Of a stretch of 60,315 nt of DNA, positions 15,436 to 23,590 are shown piece after piece (the stretch's first letter is position 1; every line of letters begins with the position of its first letter). Below the pieces are notes generated by a model that had not been told where the DNA came from, did no database searches, and worked only from the letters and a program-made list of their open reading frames with translations. The stretch comes from a virus. The translations under genes and the position numbers were made by a program. The DNA lies in IMG/VR virus record IMGVR_UViG_3300044712_000367, positions 1-60,315 of that record; one strand, 5' to 3'.

Positions 15436-17402
15436 CAGATGCTCCTGTTCGCCACCTCAAGGGCATGCGCGATATGGTCGTCGGGCATGTCCAGAAGGGT
15501 CTCGGTTCCCTTGCTGATCCCCTTCTTAGCACGTTCCGCCGCGCCCACCAACTGATCGGCCAGCTTGTCGTGGTTCACGCCCACGCGGCCACCAGCCTTG
15601 CGTTCCGTACGATCCGTCAGTGCCGTGGACATCCCGCCGCGCAGGCCAGCCTCAATGTTTCCGATATCGTTGCTGGAGTTGACCAGCTGGTTTTCGAGGT
15701 AACGCTGCACGGCGGGGCGCATTGCCTGAGAGGCAATGGCGTCTTTCGCGCCCTGATAAAGCGGCCTCGCAACACCGGCTGCCACACCTGCGGCGGTTAA
15801 GGCTGGGCCAAGGCCCGCAAACTGAGCCGCTTGAAGTGCGCCAAATCCCATCCCTGCGGCTGTCGCGAGAGGGCCAGCGCGGCGAACAGCGGTATCAAGC
15901 AGTCCGTGCCTTCCGGCGGCTGGAAGGGGGGTCAGCAGCTGCATTCCAGATCGAGCAAAGTCCCCGATCTCCCCCCGCGCGCCCGTGACGATGCCTGATT
16001 TGTCCTGCTTTGCCAGCGCCGCCATTAAGTCTTTGGGGGTGATGACGCCCTCCAATCCCGTCGCCTTCGTGACCTTCAAGGCGTCTTCGACGGCGAGATA
16101 GTTACGATATTGGTCGCGCGCCAATCGCCACGCGGCAATTCGTTCCGGCTGACCCATTGCGCGCATGGAGTTTTCGATGGCGTCGTCGATGGCGTCCCGC
16201 AGACGGAATGCTGTTCCGCTGATGCCGCTGTTCGGGTGATACAAAAGCTCACCCAAGTTCGAGCGCCACGCGGTCAAGACATCGGCATCAATCGGCTGAC
16301 CCTGATTGATCCGGCTGATGATGTTGCGGATCAGGGGCAATTTTTCGGAACTCGGCGTCCTCTCTTGATAGAATTTTGCCGCCTCCGAGACCTTGGTGGA
16401 AAAGGGGAGAGACGGCGGAACAACCACCTGATCAAGCGCGTCCCGCATGTCGCCCACGATCCGAGACCGTGCGGTGTTCATTGCTTGGGGCGTGGCAAGA
16501 TCGTCAGCAGACCCCAAGAATTTCATCGTGGCCGAGGTGAACGCTTTGGCTTGGGGGCTGTCCGGAGCCGCACCAGCGATAGCCTGCCCAGCGGGGGTAT
16601 CAGCCTCCATACCGACGATATTGGGGTTGTTGGTGGCGCGACCGGCGGTCACAGGAACGCCACGGGCGCGCATGTCTGCGGCTGCCTGCAGGCGCGCCGG
16701 ATCAGCCCCACCAGCGGGCGAAATGATGCTGCGGACGCCGTTTTCCAGCTTGTTGGCGGCGTAACCGCCAAAGATTGATCCGGCGAGGCGTGCTGCGGGT
16801 TCCGCCCACTGGCTGTGGGGGTAGTACTCCTTGGCTTTTTCCGCCAGATACTCGCCGCCAACAGCTGGGGCCACGGCGCTGGCAATCCCGCGACCAATGG
16901 CTGGGAGCGCGCCCGCGCCGCCCGTTGCGGCAATGGCGACCGAGCTGGGCACCGCCTCACCGATGGCCCCAGCGTACCGCCCCGCGCGGGTCTTCGCCTC
17001 ATAATCCATCGCGCCCTGAGGCAAAGACGACCGAAGATCGTCAGACACGCGGCTGCCCCGAATTCCGGATTGCATGGTCAATGGATTGCTGGCCAAAACG
17101 CCACGCTCAACCCAGTCGGGAATGTCGTAGCCTGTGGCGCGCTCACCCATATGCATGACCCCAGAGACAATGTCGCTGGGCAAGTCGGCAAGGCCTGCCG
17201 CGCCACTGAGCATGCGCGACCCGAACGATTTCCCCACATCTGCCGCGATGTCAGACGCCGCAATGGGTTTTGGGGCCTGACCCACCGCCCTCAAAAGCTC
17301 ATCGTCACTGGGTCCAGCCGCACTTTTGATAGACGGCGCGGGCGGTTGTGCCGCGCGCAGCAGGTCATCGTCGCTCAGTCCGCTGAGGTCAGTTTGCGCC
17401 AT
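15435..17402 (-). CDS. Internal virion / ejection protein (T7 gp15-like by position and size only)
   Basis: 655 aa from MAQTDLSGLSDDDLL. Ala/Gly-rich helical protein between the giant SLT protein and the fibre. Confidence 0.5.
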   Translation of the reverse strand: MAQTDLSGLSDDDLLRAAQPPAPSIKSAAGPSDDELLRAVGQAPKPIAASDIAADVGKSFGSRMLSGAAGLADLPSDIVSGVMHMGERATGYDIPDWVERGVLASNPLTMQSGIRGSRVSDDLRSSLPQGAMDYEAKTRAGRYAGAIGEAVPSSVAIAATGGAGALPAIGRGIASAVAPAVGGEYLAEKAKEYYPHSQWAEPAARLAGSIFGGYAANKLENGVRSIISPAGGADPARLQAAADMRARGVPVTAGRATNNPNIVGMEADTPAGQAIAGAAPDSPQAKAFTSATMKFLGSADDLATPQAMNTARSRIVGDMRDALDQVVVPPSLPFSTKVSEAAKFYQERTPSSEKLPLIRNIISRINQGQPIDADVLTAWRSNLGELLYHPNSGISGTAFRLRDAIDDAIENSMRAMGQPERIAAWRLARDQYRNYLAVEDALKVTKATGLEGVITPKDLMAALAKQDKSGIVTGARGEIGDFARSGMQLLTPLPAAGRHGLLDTAVRRAGPLATAAGMGFGALQAAQFAGLGPALTAAGVAAGVARPLYQGAKDAIASQAMRPAVQRYLENQLVNSSNDIGNIEAGLRGGMSTALTDRTERKAGGRVGVNHDKLADQLVGAAERAKKGISKGTETLLDMPDDHIAHALEVANRSI

Positions 17403-20400
17403 TGGTCGGCTTCCCCCATGTTCCATCGGGCTTCTTCACATACCCACGCCTGATCAATTCGGCCTCAGCCGCCGCAGGGTCAACCGCCTCGCCTTTGAAG
17501 ATCGGCATGCTCTTCTTGGCGTTTTCATAGTACTCCGAGTAGGGATGCGTTTCGGAGAACCACTGCTCGTATGCAGTCTGGTCCATTTCGCGGCCTGGGT
17601 TGGCTGCGTTCCACTCTGACCGCAGTCGATACCGGTCTTGCTCCTGCAAAAGTGCGGCCTTCTGCATGGACAAGACAGTCTTGACGGCCTCAGGCTGCAG
17701 GTTGGGGCTGGCCGAAATGCTCTGCAGCACACCCAGCTCTTTGTCGGTGCCAGGCAGGCCGTTCAGCTGCTGGATTGCGCCGTCTGCGGCAATCTTCAGG
17801 GCCTGCTCGGCGTAAGCTCGATTGGCTTCGACGCCTTCCGGAACCGGAAGACCGAGAGCAGCCGCCACCGCGCCGAAGTTGCTCAGCTCGTTGGTCAGCG
17901 CGCCAGCCTCCAGCTGAGTAAACACGGCGGCCTGCTTTCCGATGTTGGCCAAACCTTTGCTGATTTCCGGCAAGCGGGCATTTGCAGTTTCGCGGAATGC
18001 CGCCGTGGAGACGCGGTTCTGATCAGCCTGCGCTTGGGTGTCTCCAACGGAAATATACCCAGGCAGCTGAAACTGCTGGCCATTTTTGTCCGTGGTCATG
18101 CCGCCGGAGGCGTTGATGGCTGCCAGCTGCGCCTTGGCTTGCTCGACCTGCCTCCCAATGGGAGTATCAGGTCCAAAAATGCCATTGTCTTGAATGAACC
18201 GCTGCAGGGATGCGGGATCGTTTTGCATCGGCACTTCCCGACCGCCAATGCTCACCGCTCCATTCTGGAATTCGCGGTAGGACAGCTTATCCAAGCCCTG
18301 ACCGCCGGTCGTCGGCTTGTAGGTTCCGGACAAGATGTCTTGCGCCGTGGCCGCCTCAGGAAAGGCGAGATCAATATTCATGGCGCGGGCATATTGCGCG
18401 GGCGTGAAATTGGTGCCGTTAAGCTCGTTCCATTGCATCGTGTCCATCGCGACCTGACGCATGTTTTCGAGGTTCTTGGCCGAGATATCCGCGCGCTGCT
18501 GTTCGCGGGCCATGTAAGTATTGGCCGCGCCGCCGATGCCTTGCAGGATCGACGCGCCGAGGTAGCGAGAAGGCGACGAGGCCATGGTGCCGATGCCAGA
18601 CAGGATCGACAGAAGGGCATCCTTGTTTACGCGACCGTCGCGGTCATAGAACATCTGACCAAGGCGGTTGCGCTCTCCGTAGAGCTTGCCGTCACCGGAA
18701 CCGCCATCAACAGGAGCGGACTGAGATGCGAGAGACAGGCGATCTCGGCCACCGGCAAGACCCCCACTGCCGCCCTGACCGGTGGTGGCCAAGACGTACT
18801 TCTGCGTCTCTGCAGGCAGGTAATCCAAGTAGGAGCCGCCGACAGCAGTGGCGCGGTCGATGGCGGAAGACAAAGCGCCTGGACCCGCATTATACGCCGC
18901 CGCCGCCTTGTCCAAGCTGCCGAAGGTTTGGTATTGGCGCATAAAGTACGCCTCCCCCAGCGCCGCATTGTAATCCGCGTCGTTGTAGAAGTGGTTCTCG
19001 TCCCACGGGAGGCCCGCCAGCTTCGCGGCCTCCGGACCCGTCGAGGGAAGAATTTGGCCAATACCGATAGCGCCAGCCGACGAGGTCAAAGGCCTGCCGT
19101 TCTCGTCGAACTGGCGGTGACCGCTTTCCTGCTTGAGGATGTTCGTACGGTAGAAATCTCGCGGCCCAATTTCAGGTTGAGACAACGCGGGGGCCTGCCC
19201 CTGCGCGGGAGCGGACGCATTGTTGATGGCAGCCCCAGCCATATTGATCACATCGGCGTCGGGTCGCGGCGCGGGAACCAAGCCCGCAGGACGCGGCTGC
19301 GGGCGGGGAGACGTGGCCAACGGGTCGGTGGGCGGCGCAGGGACCGCCGGAACCACACCTCCATCGGGAAGTTGCGGGGTGGCGGGGTTGGAAAGTGTCA
19401 CCGACGGCTGCGCTGCGGTGCCCAGACCCGCAGCGCGAAACAGGGCCGGATCAACTTTGCCTTGACCGTACCCCTCAGCGTCACGACCGATGGCTCGGAT
19501 CGCACTTCCGAGGTCCGCGCTCACATCTTTCGGGGCCGACGCCGCAGCCATCCGATGACGGCGCTCCTCGTCATCCACCGCGCCATCCAAAGCGTAGCCG
19601 TGGCGGCCAACCACGCCGCCGCGCTCGAACCCGAACAACGCCATGGCCATCTTGCCCGCGTCCAAGACGTTTTCGAACCCGCTCTTGGGCGCGTTCGGCG
19701 TTCCATTGGGGCGCATCAGCTCGTCGTCACGCTTCTTCTGGTCGTCCAGCGTATCAGACAGGTAGGTGCGGGTGTCGACAGGGTTCAAGCCCCCGCGCGC
19801 GCCAAGGTAGGCCGCGCCACCATCTGCATAGCCGACCAAGCCGCCGCGCCAGTTGGGCAGCCGGTCATGCTCTTTTTGCGGTTCGGTGTCAGGGTCGTTT
19901 CCATTCCACCACTTGCGTGCGGCGTCGTATTTGTCTTTCAGCCCGCTGACCGTGTCACCAAACCGGTTCATGGCGTCGAGCTGCTGCGCCATGGATTGCT
20001 CGGAATTCTGCAGCAAAGCCGGATCGGCCACCATCAGCTGGCCAACGGGCAGGTAGGCTTGCGGAACATAGCCCGCCGCGTATGGGTCTTGCGACCCAGC
20101 TTGGATGCCGTAGGGGCCAGCCACGCCGCCGCCGGTCGCGCGCGAGGCGCGGTCGTAATCGACAAACTTGTAGCCATTGCCCGCCACGCCCACCGCGTCG
20201 GGGTGCTTCTTCTCGACCTCGTCGGCCATATAGCCGACATGGGTCTGCTCGGTGTCGTCGCCCTTGTACTTGAAGGTATACACAGGCAGGCCATTGTCGG
20301 CAGTGCCGACGCGCTTGATGTCGCGCTTGAGGCGGCGGTCAGACCAGAAGGACGAGGGCTGGGTGGTAATGGTGTTCGATCCGGACAGCGCGCCGGTACC

Positions 20401-21171
20401 CATCGCGATGTTGGCGAGGAACTGGGCGATCTGGAACGGGTAGGCCTGTTCCTGCTGGAACTGGTTGTAGAGCGCGGACTTTCCAGCCTGCTCCGTCTGC
20501 TGGCCGAGGGTGCCCGCGTTGATCTGGGCTTCGCCCGAGGCGAGGCCCGACTGCAGCGCCTGCGACCCCAGACCGGCGTAAAGCTGGCCGCCCTGCATGA
20601 GGCGCGCCAGATCGGCTTGCGAGGCCCCCAGCTGGACACCCTGCTGCTGCTGCGCGGCAGCCAGCGCCTGATTGTAATTCTGGGCGTTCAGTCCAGCCAG
20701 TGTGGACCCCATGGCGAGGCCCTGCTGGTTGGCAAGGTTGGCCGCAGCGATCCCAGCGCGGTCGCCCCCAAAGGCACCGGATGAGACCGCTGTGCCAAGC
20801 GCGCCTGACTGCGCTTGTTCGTTGGCCTGCCCCATCTGCTTCATGGTCGCGTCGATGACCTGCTGCTGGTAGGGGTTGTAAAACTGGCTGAGGTTCAAGG
20901 CTTGAGGCTGGGCGCTCCCCATCCCCGCGCCGACCGCGTCGGCGGCCTGACCCATATAGCCCTGATATGAGTTGGCGGCGTTGTTGACGGTGTTGAAGCC
21001 GGTCTTCTGCTGATCGTTCAGCTGGGCCACAAAGTCGGCGGGGTTCGACGAGTATTGCTTAAACGGCGTGTCAGCCAGCCCCTCGGCGCGCTTGTTGACC
21101 GAATTGTAGCGGTCCATCACCTCTTTCGGGATTTGGACCTGCTGCGTCGTGGTCGAAGTTTTGCCGCCCAT
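17389..21171 (-). CDS. Giant internal virion protein (1260 aa): Q-rich N-region, internal S74-type autoproteolytic motif, SLT lytic transglycosylase domain
   Basis: SDRRLKRDIKRVG..LPVYTFKYKGD..HVGYMADEVEKKHPDAV (S74-like). ILKQESGHRQF..GAIGIGQILPST..AAAAYNAGPGAL (SLT). Confidence 0.85.
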   Translation of the reverse strand: MGGKTSTTTQQVQIPKEVMDRYNSVNKRAEGLADTPFKQYSSNPADFVAQLNDQQKTGFNTVNNAANSYQGYMGQAADAVGAGMGSAQPQALNLSQFYNPYQQQVIDATMKQMGQANEQAQSGALGTAVSSGAFGGDRAGIAAANLANQQGLAMGSTLAGLNAQNYNQALAAAQQQQGVQLGASQADLARLMQGGQLYAGLGSQALQSGLASGEAQINAGTLGQQTEQAGKSALYNQFQQEQAYPFQIAQFLANIAMGTGALSGSNTITTQPSSFWSDRRLKRDIKRVGTADNGLPVYTFKYKGDDTEQTHVGYMADEVEKKHPDAVGVAGNGYKFVDYDRASRATGGGVAGPYGIQAGSQDPYAAGYVPQAYLPVGQLMVADPALLQNSEQSMAQQLDAMNRFGDTVSGLKDKYDAARKWWNGNDPDTEPQKEHDRLPNWRGGLVGYADGGAAYLGARGGLNPVDTRTYLSDTLDDQKKRDDELMRPNGTPNAPKSGFENVLDAGKMAMALFGFERGGVVGRHGYALDGAVDDEERRHRMAAASAPKDVSADLGSAIRAIGRDAEGYGQGKVDPALFRAAGLGTAAQPSVTLSNPATPQLPDGGVVPAVPAPPTDPLATSPRPQPRPAGLVPAPRPDADVINMAGAAINNASAPAQGQAPALSQPEIGPRDFYRTNILKQESGHRQFDENGRPLTSSAGAIGIGQILPSTGPEAAKLAGLPWDENHFYNDADYNAALGEAYFMRQYQTFGSLDKAAAAYNAGPGALSSAIDRATAVGGSYLDYLPAETQKYVLATTGQGGSGGLAGGRDRLSLASQSAPVDGGSGDGKLYGERNRLGQMFYDRDGRVNKDALLSILSGIGTMASSPSRYLGASILQGIGGAANTYMAREQQRADISAKNLENMRQVAMDTMQWNELNGTNFTPAQYARAMNIDLAFPEAATAQDILSGTYKPTTGGQGLDKLSYREFQNGAVSIGGREVPMQNDPASLQRFIQDNGIFGPDTPIGRQVEQAKAQLAAINASGGMTTDKNGQQFQLPGYISVGDTQAQADQNRVSTAAFRETANARLPEISKGLANIGKQAAVFTQLEAGALTNELSNFGAVAAALGLPVPEGVEANRAYAEQALKIAADGAIQQLNGLPGTDKELGVLQSISASPNLQPEAVKTVLSMQKAALLQEQDRYRLRSEWNAANPGREMDQTAYEQWFSETHPYSEYYENAKKSMPIFKGEAVDPAAAEAELIRRGYVKKPDGTWGKPTNGAN
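18847..19158 (-). other. SLT (lytic transglycosylase) domain within 17389..21171, about aa 672-775
   Basis: Catalytic E-S (KQESG), GIGQI and AYNAG motifs. Confidence 0.8.
20146..20343 (-). other. Peptidase-S74-like intramolecular chaperone / autocleavage motif within 17389..21171, about aa 277-342
   Basis: S-D-x-R-L-K nucleophile motif followed by the conserved beta/alpha core (YTFKYKGD, HVGYMADEV). Confidence 0.7.
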
Positions 21172-21668
21172 CAGGAGCCTCCATCCGCCGCCCCGTCAGA
21201 GAGGCCAGTTTTCGCGCCGTAGAGGAAGTATACACCAGCTGGCTGTCCGAAGACACGCTCATAAAGACGAATTTTGGCCTCCGTACGCGAAGACGACAGC
21301 ACACCGATAGCCAGCGGGATGCCAAGTTCCGTCGCGGTCAGTTTGGCAAATTCAGCCAGCTTCCGTGCCCTTCCACCTTTTGCCGATCTGAACTCGGGGG
21401 CCACAAAGATGCCCTTTTCCTCCAAGATCAGCTCCTTGCTGTACCACATCTCGCCCATGGAGAGAAGAACCGCGCCCTCCAGCGGCGCGCCGACCGGTCC
21501 GATGACGCCAACGATCCCCGTCTGCCGAATGATCGCCCCCCAGATGGTCAGGGCCACCTTCTCCACCTCGGGCACCACCACGGCATTCTCTTGGCAGGCG
21601 TTGATGGCGAGGTCCATCAGGGAGTTGAAATCGGCCTCGACGGCCACGCGGACGGCGACATCATCCAT
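21171..21668 (-). CDS. GNAT-like acetyltransferase (165 aa)
   Basis: GIFVAPEFRSAKGGRARKLAEFAKLTATELGIPLAIGV resembles the acetyl-CoA-binding core. Stop overlaps the start of the giant protein (TGATG). Confidence 0.5.
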   Translation of the reverse strand: MDDVAVRVAVEADFNSLMDLAINACQENAVVVPEVEKVALTIWGAIIRQTGIVGVIGPVGAPLEGAVLLSMGEMWYSKELILEEKGIFVAPEFRSAKGGRARKLAEFAKLTATELGIPLAIGVLSSSRTEAKIRLYERVFGQPAGVYFLYGAKTGLSDGAADGGS

Positions 21669-21682
21669 CAGCTTAATCCTTG

Positions 21683-21711
21683 TTGACAGTCGCATTCCGA
21701 CCACGGCATAA
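21683..21711 (+). promoter_or_regulatory. Candidate promoter TTGACA-N17-GCATAA for the HNH gene (would give a near-leaderless mRNA)
   Basis: Read directly; ATG at 21719. Confidence 0.25.
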
Positions 21712-21718
21712 CGTAGCC

Positions 21719-22204
21719 ATGAACGAAGAACTTATCAAACAGCTTTTGCAGTACGATCCAGATACGGGAAACCTGTACTGGCGCGCGGATCGGCGCAAGT
21801 ACAAGGCTGGATCGGTCGCTGGCCGCGTTCATAAAAGCAGCGGATATATCCGTGTCGAAATCGCCGGAAAGGGCATGTCCGCGCACCGCGTTGCGTGGTT
21901 CCTGCACTACGGCATATGGCCGACAGATCAGATTGATCACATCAACAAGGACAAGACGAACAACCGGATTGAAAACCTGCGGGAGGCAACGAACGGTCAA
22001 AACCGCGCAAACACACGATCTTCCAGTAAGCATGGTCTGAAGGGCGTTACCTTCAAGCCGTGGCTTAAAGAGCGCCCGTGGGAGGCCCGCATTACAAGCA
22101 ACAAGCGCGTGATGTCCCTTGGTTGTTATCCAACCAAGGAGGAAGCACATCAGGCCTATTGTAATGCCGCAAAGCGTCTGCACGGTGATTTCTTTTCCGC
22201 CTAG
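21719..22204 (+). CDS. HNH homing endonuclease with AP2 DNA-binding domain, free-standing on the opposite strand inside the late block
   Basis: SAHRVAWFLHYGIWPTDQIDHINKDKTNNRIENLREATNGQN (HNH). KGVTFKP..WEARI..SLGCYPTKEEAHQAYCNAAKRLHGDF (AP2). Locally lower GC. Confidence 0.85.
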   Translation: MNEELIKQLLQYDPDTGNLYWRADRRKYKAGSVAGRVHKSSGYIRVEIAGKGMSAHRVAWFLHYGIWPTDQIDHINKDKTNNRIENLREATNGQNRANTRSSSKHGLKGVTFKPWLKERPWEARITSNKRVMSLGCYPTKEEAHQAYCNAAKRLHGDFFSA

Positions 22205-23238
22205 TTCTTCTTCGGCCCCGGCAACGATTGCAGGGTTCTGATGGTCTTTTTTCGCATCTTTTTCACGAACGCATCAAGGATTTTATGGCCGTCGTCGAGC
22301 GATCCGTTGCCGAGGTGGGCCACATCCTCCGGCGGGATCACGTACTCGCCACCGGCGGCCACGATGGGAACCGCGTCGTCGGCTTCGGCGGGGCCGCCAG
22401 CCGCAAACCCGTCGGGGCGCGCGGGCGGGGCGATTGACCCCGCACCCTGCGGGCCTGAGTACGGCATGACGCCAAGCAAATTCATTGCCCCGCCGATCAT
22501 GCGTGGAGTGCCAATGCCGCCCTCGAACCGGCTGCCCGACCGGCCCGCGCCGCCGCCGTCAAACATGTCGCCAAGGCTGCGGTAGCCCATGATCCCGCCG
22601 TTGCTGTCGCCGCCGCCACGGCTGGGGAACGGGTTGGGCAGGCCAAACGATCCGGTCCCGCCCGAGCCTCCCGAGCCAGAGGGCAGCGCCACGCCCTGCA
22701 GGTGGCTGGGGATGGGGGTGCCGTCGCGCGCATTGGCCTGCTGGGCGTACATGGCCGACGCGGCCCTGTTGGCTGCAACCTGCTGGTTTCCCGCCGCGAT
22801 GGCGGCAGTCGCGTTCGGGTTCCCGCTGGATGTGGTGGTGCCGCCAGTTGCCTTGCGCGGCGCGCTCTGGCCGTACGGCATTTCCGACGCGCCATAGGGC
22901 AGGGAGCCGGTCGGCTGGTCATACGGCCCCACGCGCTCGAAGATCGACTTGGCGATCTTGAAGCCCGCCATCGAATTGCCCTCGCCCATCGCCGAAATGA
23001 TGTCGGCGGGGATGACGTAGGAGCCGGAAGCGACGTGCATGGGCAGGTGGTCAGTGCGACCGGCCACCGTGGAGTGGATCGGCCCCTTGTGGACCTTGAT
23101 CTTCCCCCCGCGCTTCATGCCGCTGCGCGCAGTGTTCAGCGCGGCGGCGATGGCTTGATCTTGCGGGTGCCCCGCGTGGACCATCTCGGAGATGTTGTGG
23201 GAGACGGTTTCGTCGGACGAGCCACGTTTCAGGGGCAT
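22201..23238 (-). CDS. Gly-rich virion internal protein (T7 gp14-like by position only)
   Basis: Start trimmed to MPLKRGSSDETVSHNISEMVHAG (GGAG 8 nt upstream). Repeated G(S/E)YVIP(A/P)..V motif. Confidence 0.55.
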   Translation of the reverse strand: MPLKRGSSDETVSHNISEMVHAGHPQDQAIAAALNTARSGMKRGGKIKVHKGPIHSTVAGRTDHLPMHVASGSYVIPADIISAMGEGNSMAGFKIAKSIFERVGPYDQPTGSLPYGASEMPYGQSAPRKATGGTTTSSGNPNATAAIAAGNQQVAANRAASAMYAQQANARDGTPIPSHLQGVALPSGSGGSGGTGSFGLPNPFPSRGGGDSNGGIMGYRSLGDMFDGGGAGRSGSRFEGGIGTPRMIGGAMNLLGVMPYSGPQGAGSIAPPARPDGFAAGGPAEADDAVPIVAAGGEYVIPPEDVAHLGNGSLDDGHKILDAFVKKMRKKTIRTLQSLPGPKKN

Positions 23239-23242
23239 GCTG

Positions 23243-23590
23243 TTACTCCGAATAGCTGACGACGACGGACATTCCCGCGCCCGGGACGACCAGAATTCCA
23301 TTGTTCACGGGCATGTTGATCACCTTGATCCCCACAGGGTGTTCGATGATCGCCATGGGTGACGTGAGCGAACTCACATTGCTGCTGTCGTAGACCATGC
23401 CGTTGACGGACCCGCTGGACGTGATCACGCTGATGGACGCCAAGCGGCACTGGCCGGAATACACCAGCGTGGGGGCGGTGATGGTGTCGGACTTTGCCGT
23501 ACCCTGAATTTTCAGGTACGTCTGCCCCAGCTGGCTGATTGCCGTGACGACATTCTTGGCTGCGGTCAGGATATCGGAGAGGGACGACAT
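23243..23590 (-). CDS. Small virion protein (115 aa)
   Basis: Track ORF; start overlaps the stop of 23590..26271. Confidence 0.55.
   Translation of the reverse strand: MSSLSDILTAAKNVVTAISQLGQTYLKIQGTAKSDTITAPTLVYSGQCRLASISVITSSGSVNGMVYDSSNVSSLTSPMAIIEHPVGIKVINMPVNNGILVVPGAGMSVVVSYSE

Noticed and set aside
17638-20784. 1048-aa plus-strand ORF opposite the giant ejection protein
   Set aside because: It is an Arg/Gly/Leu-rich antisense shadow typical of high-GC DNA. The minus-strand frame contains the S74 and SLT motifs.
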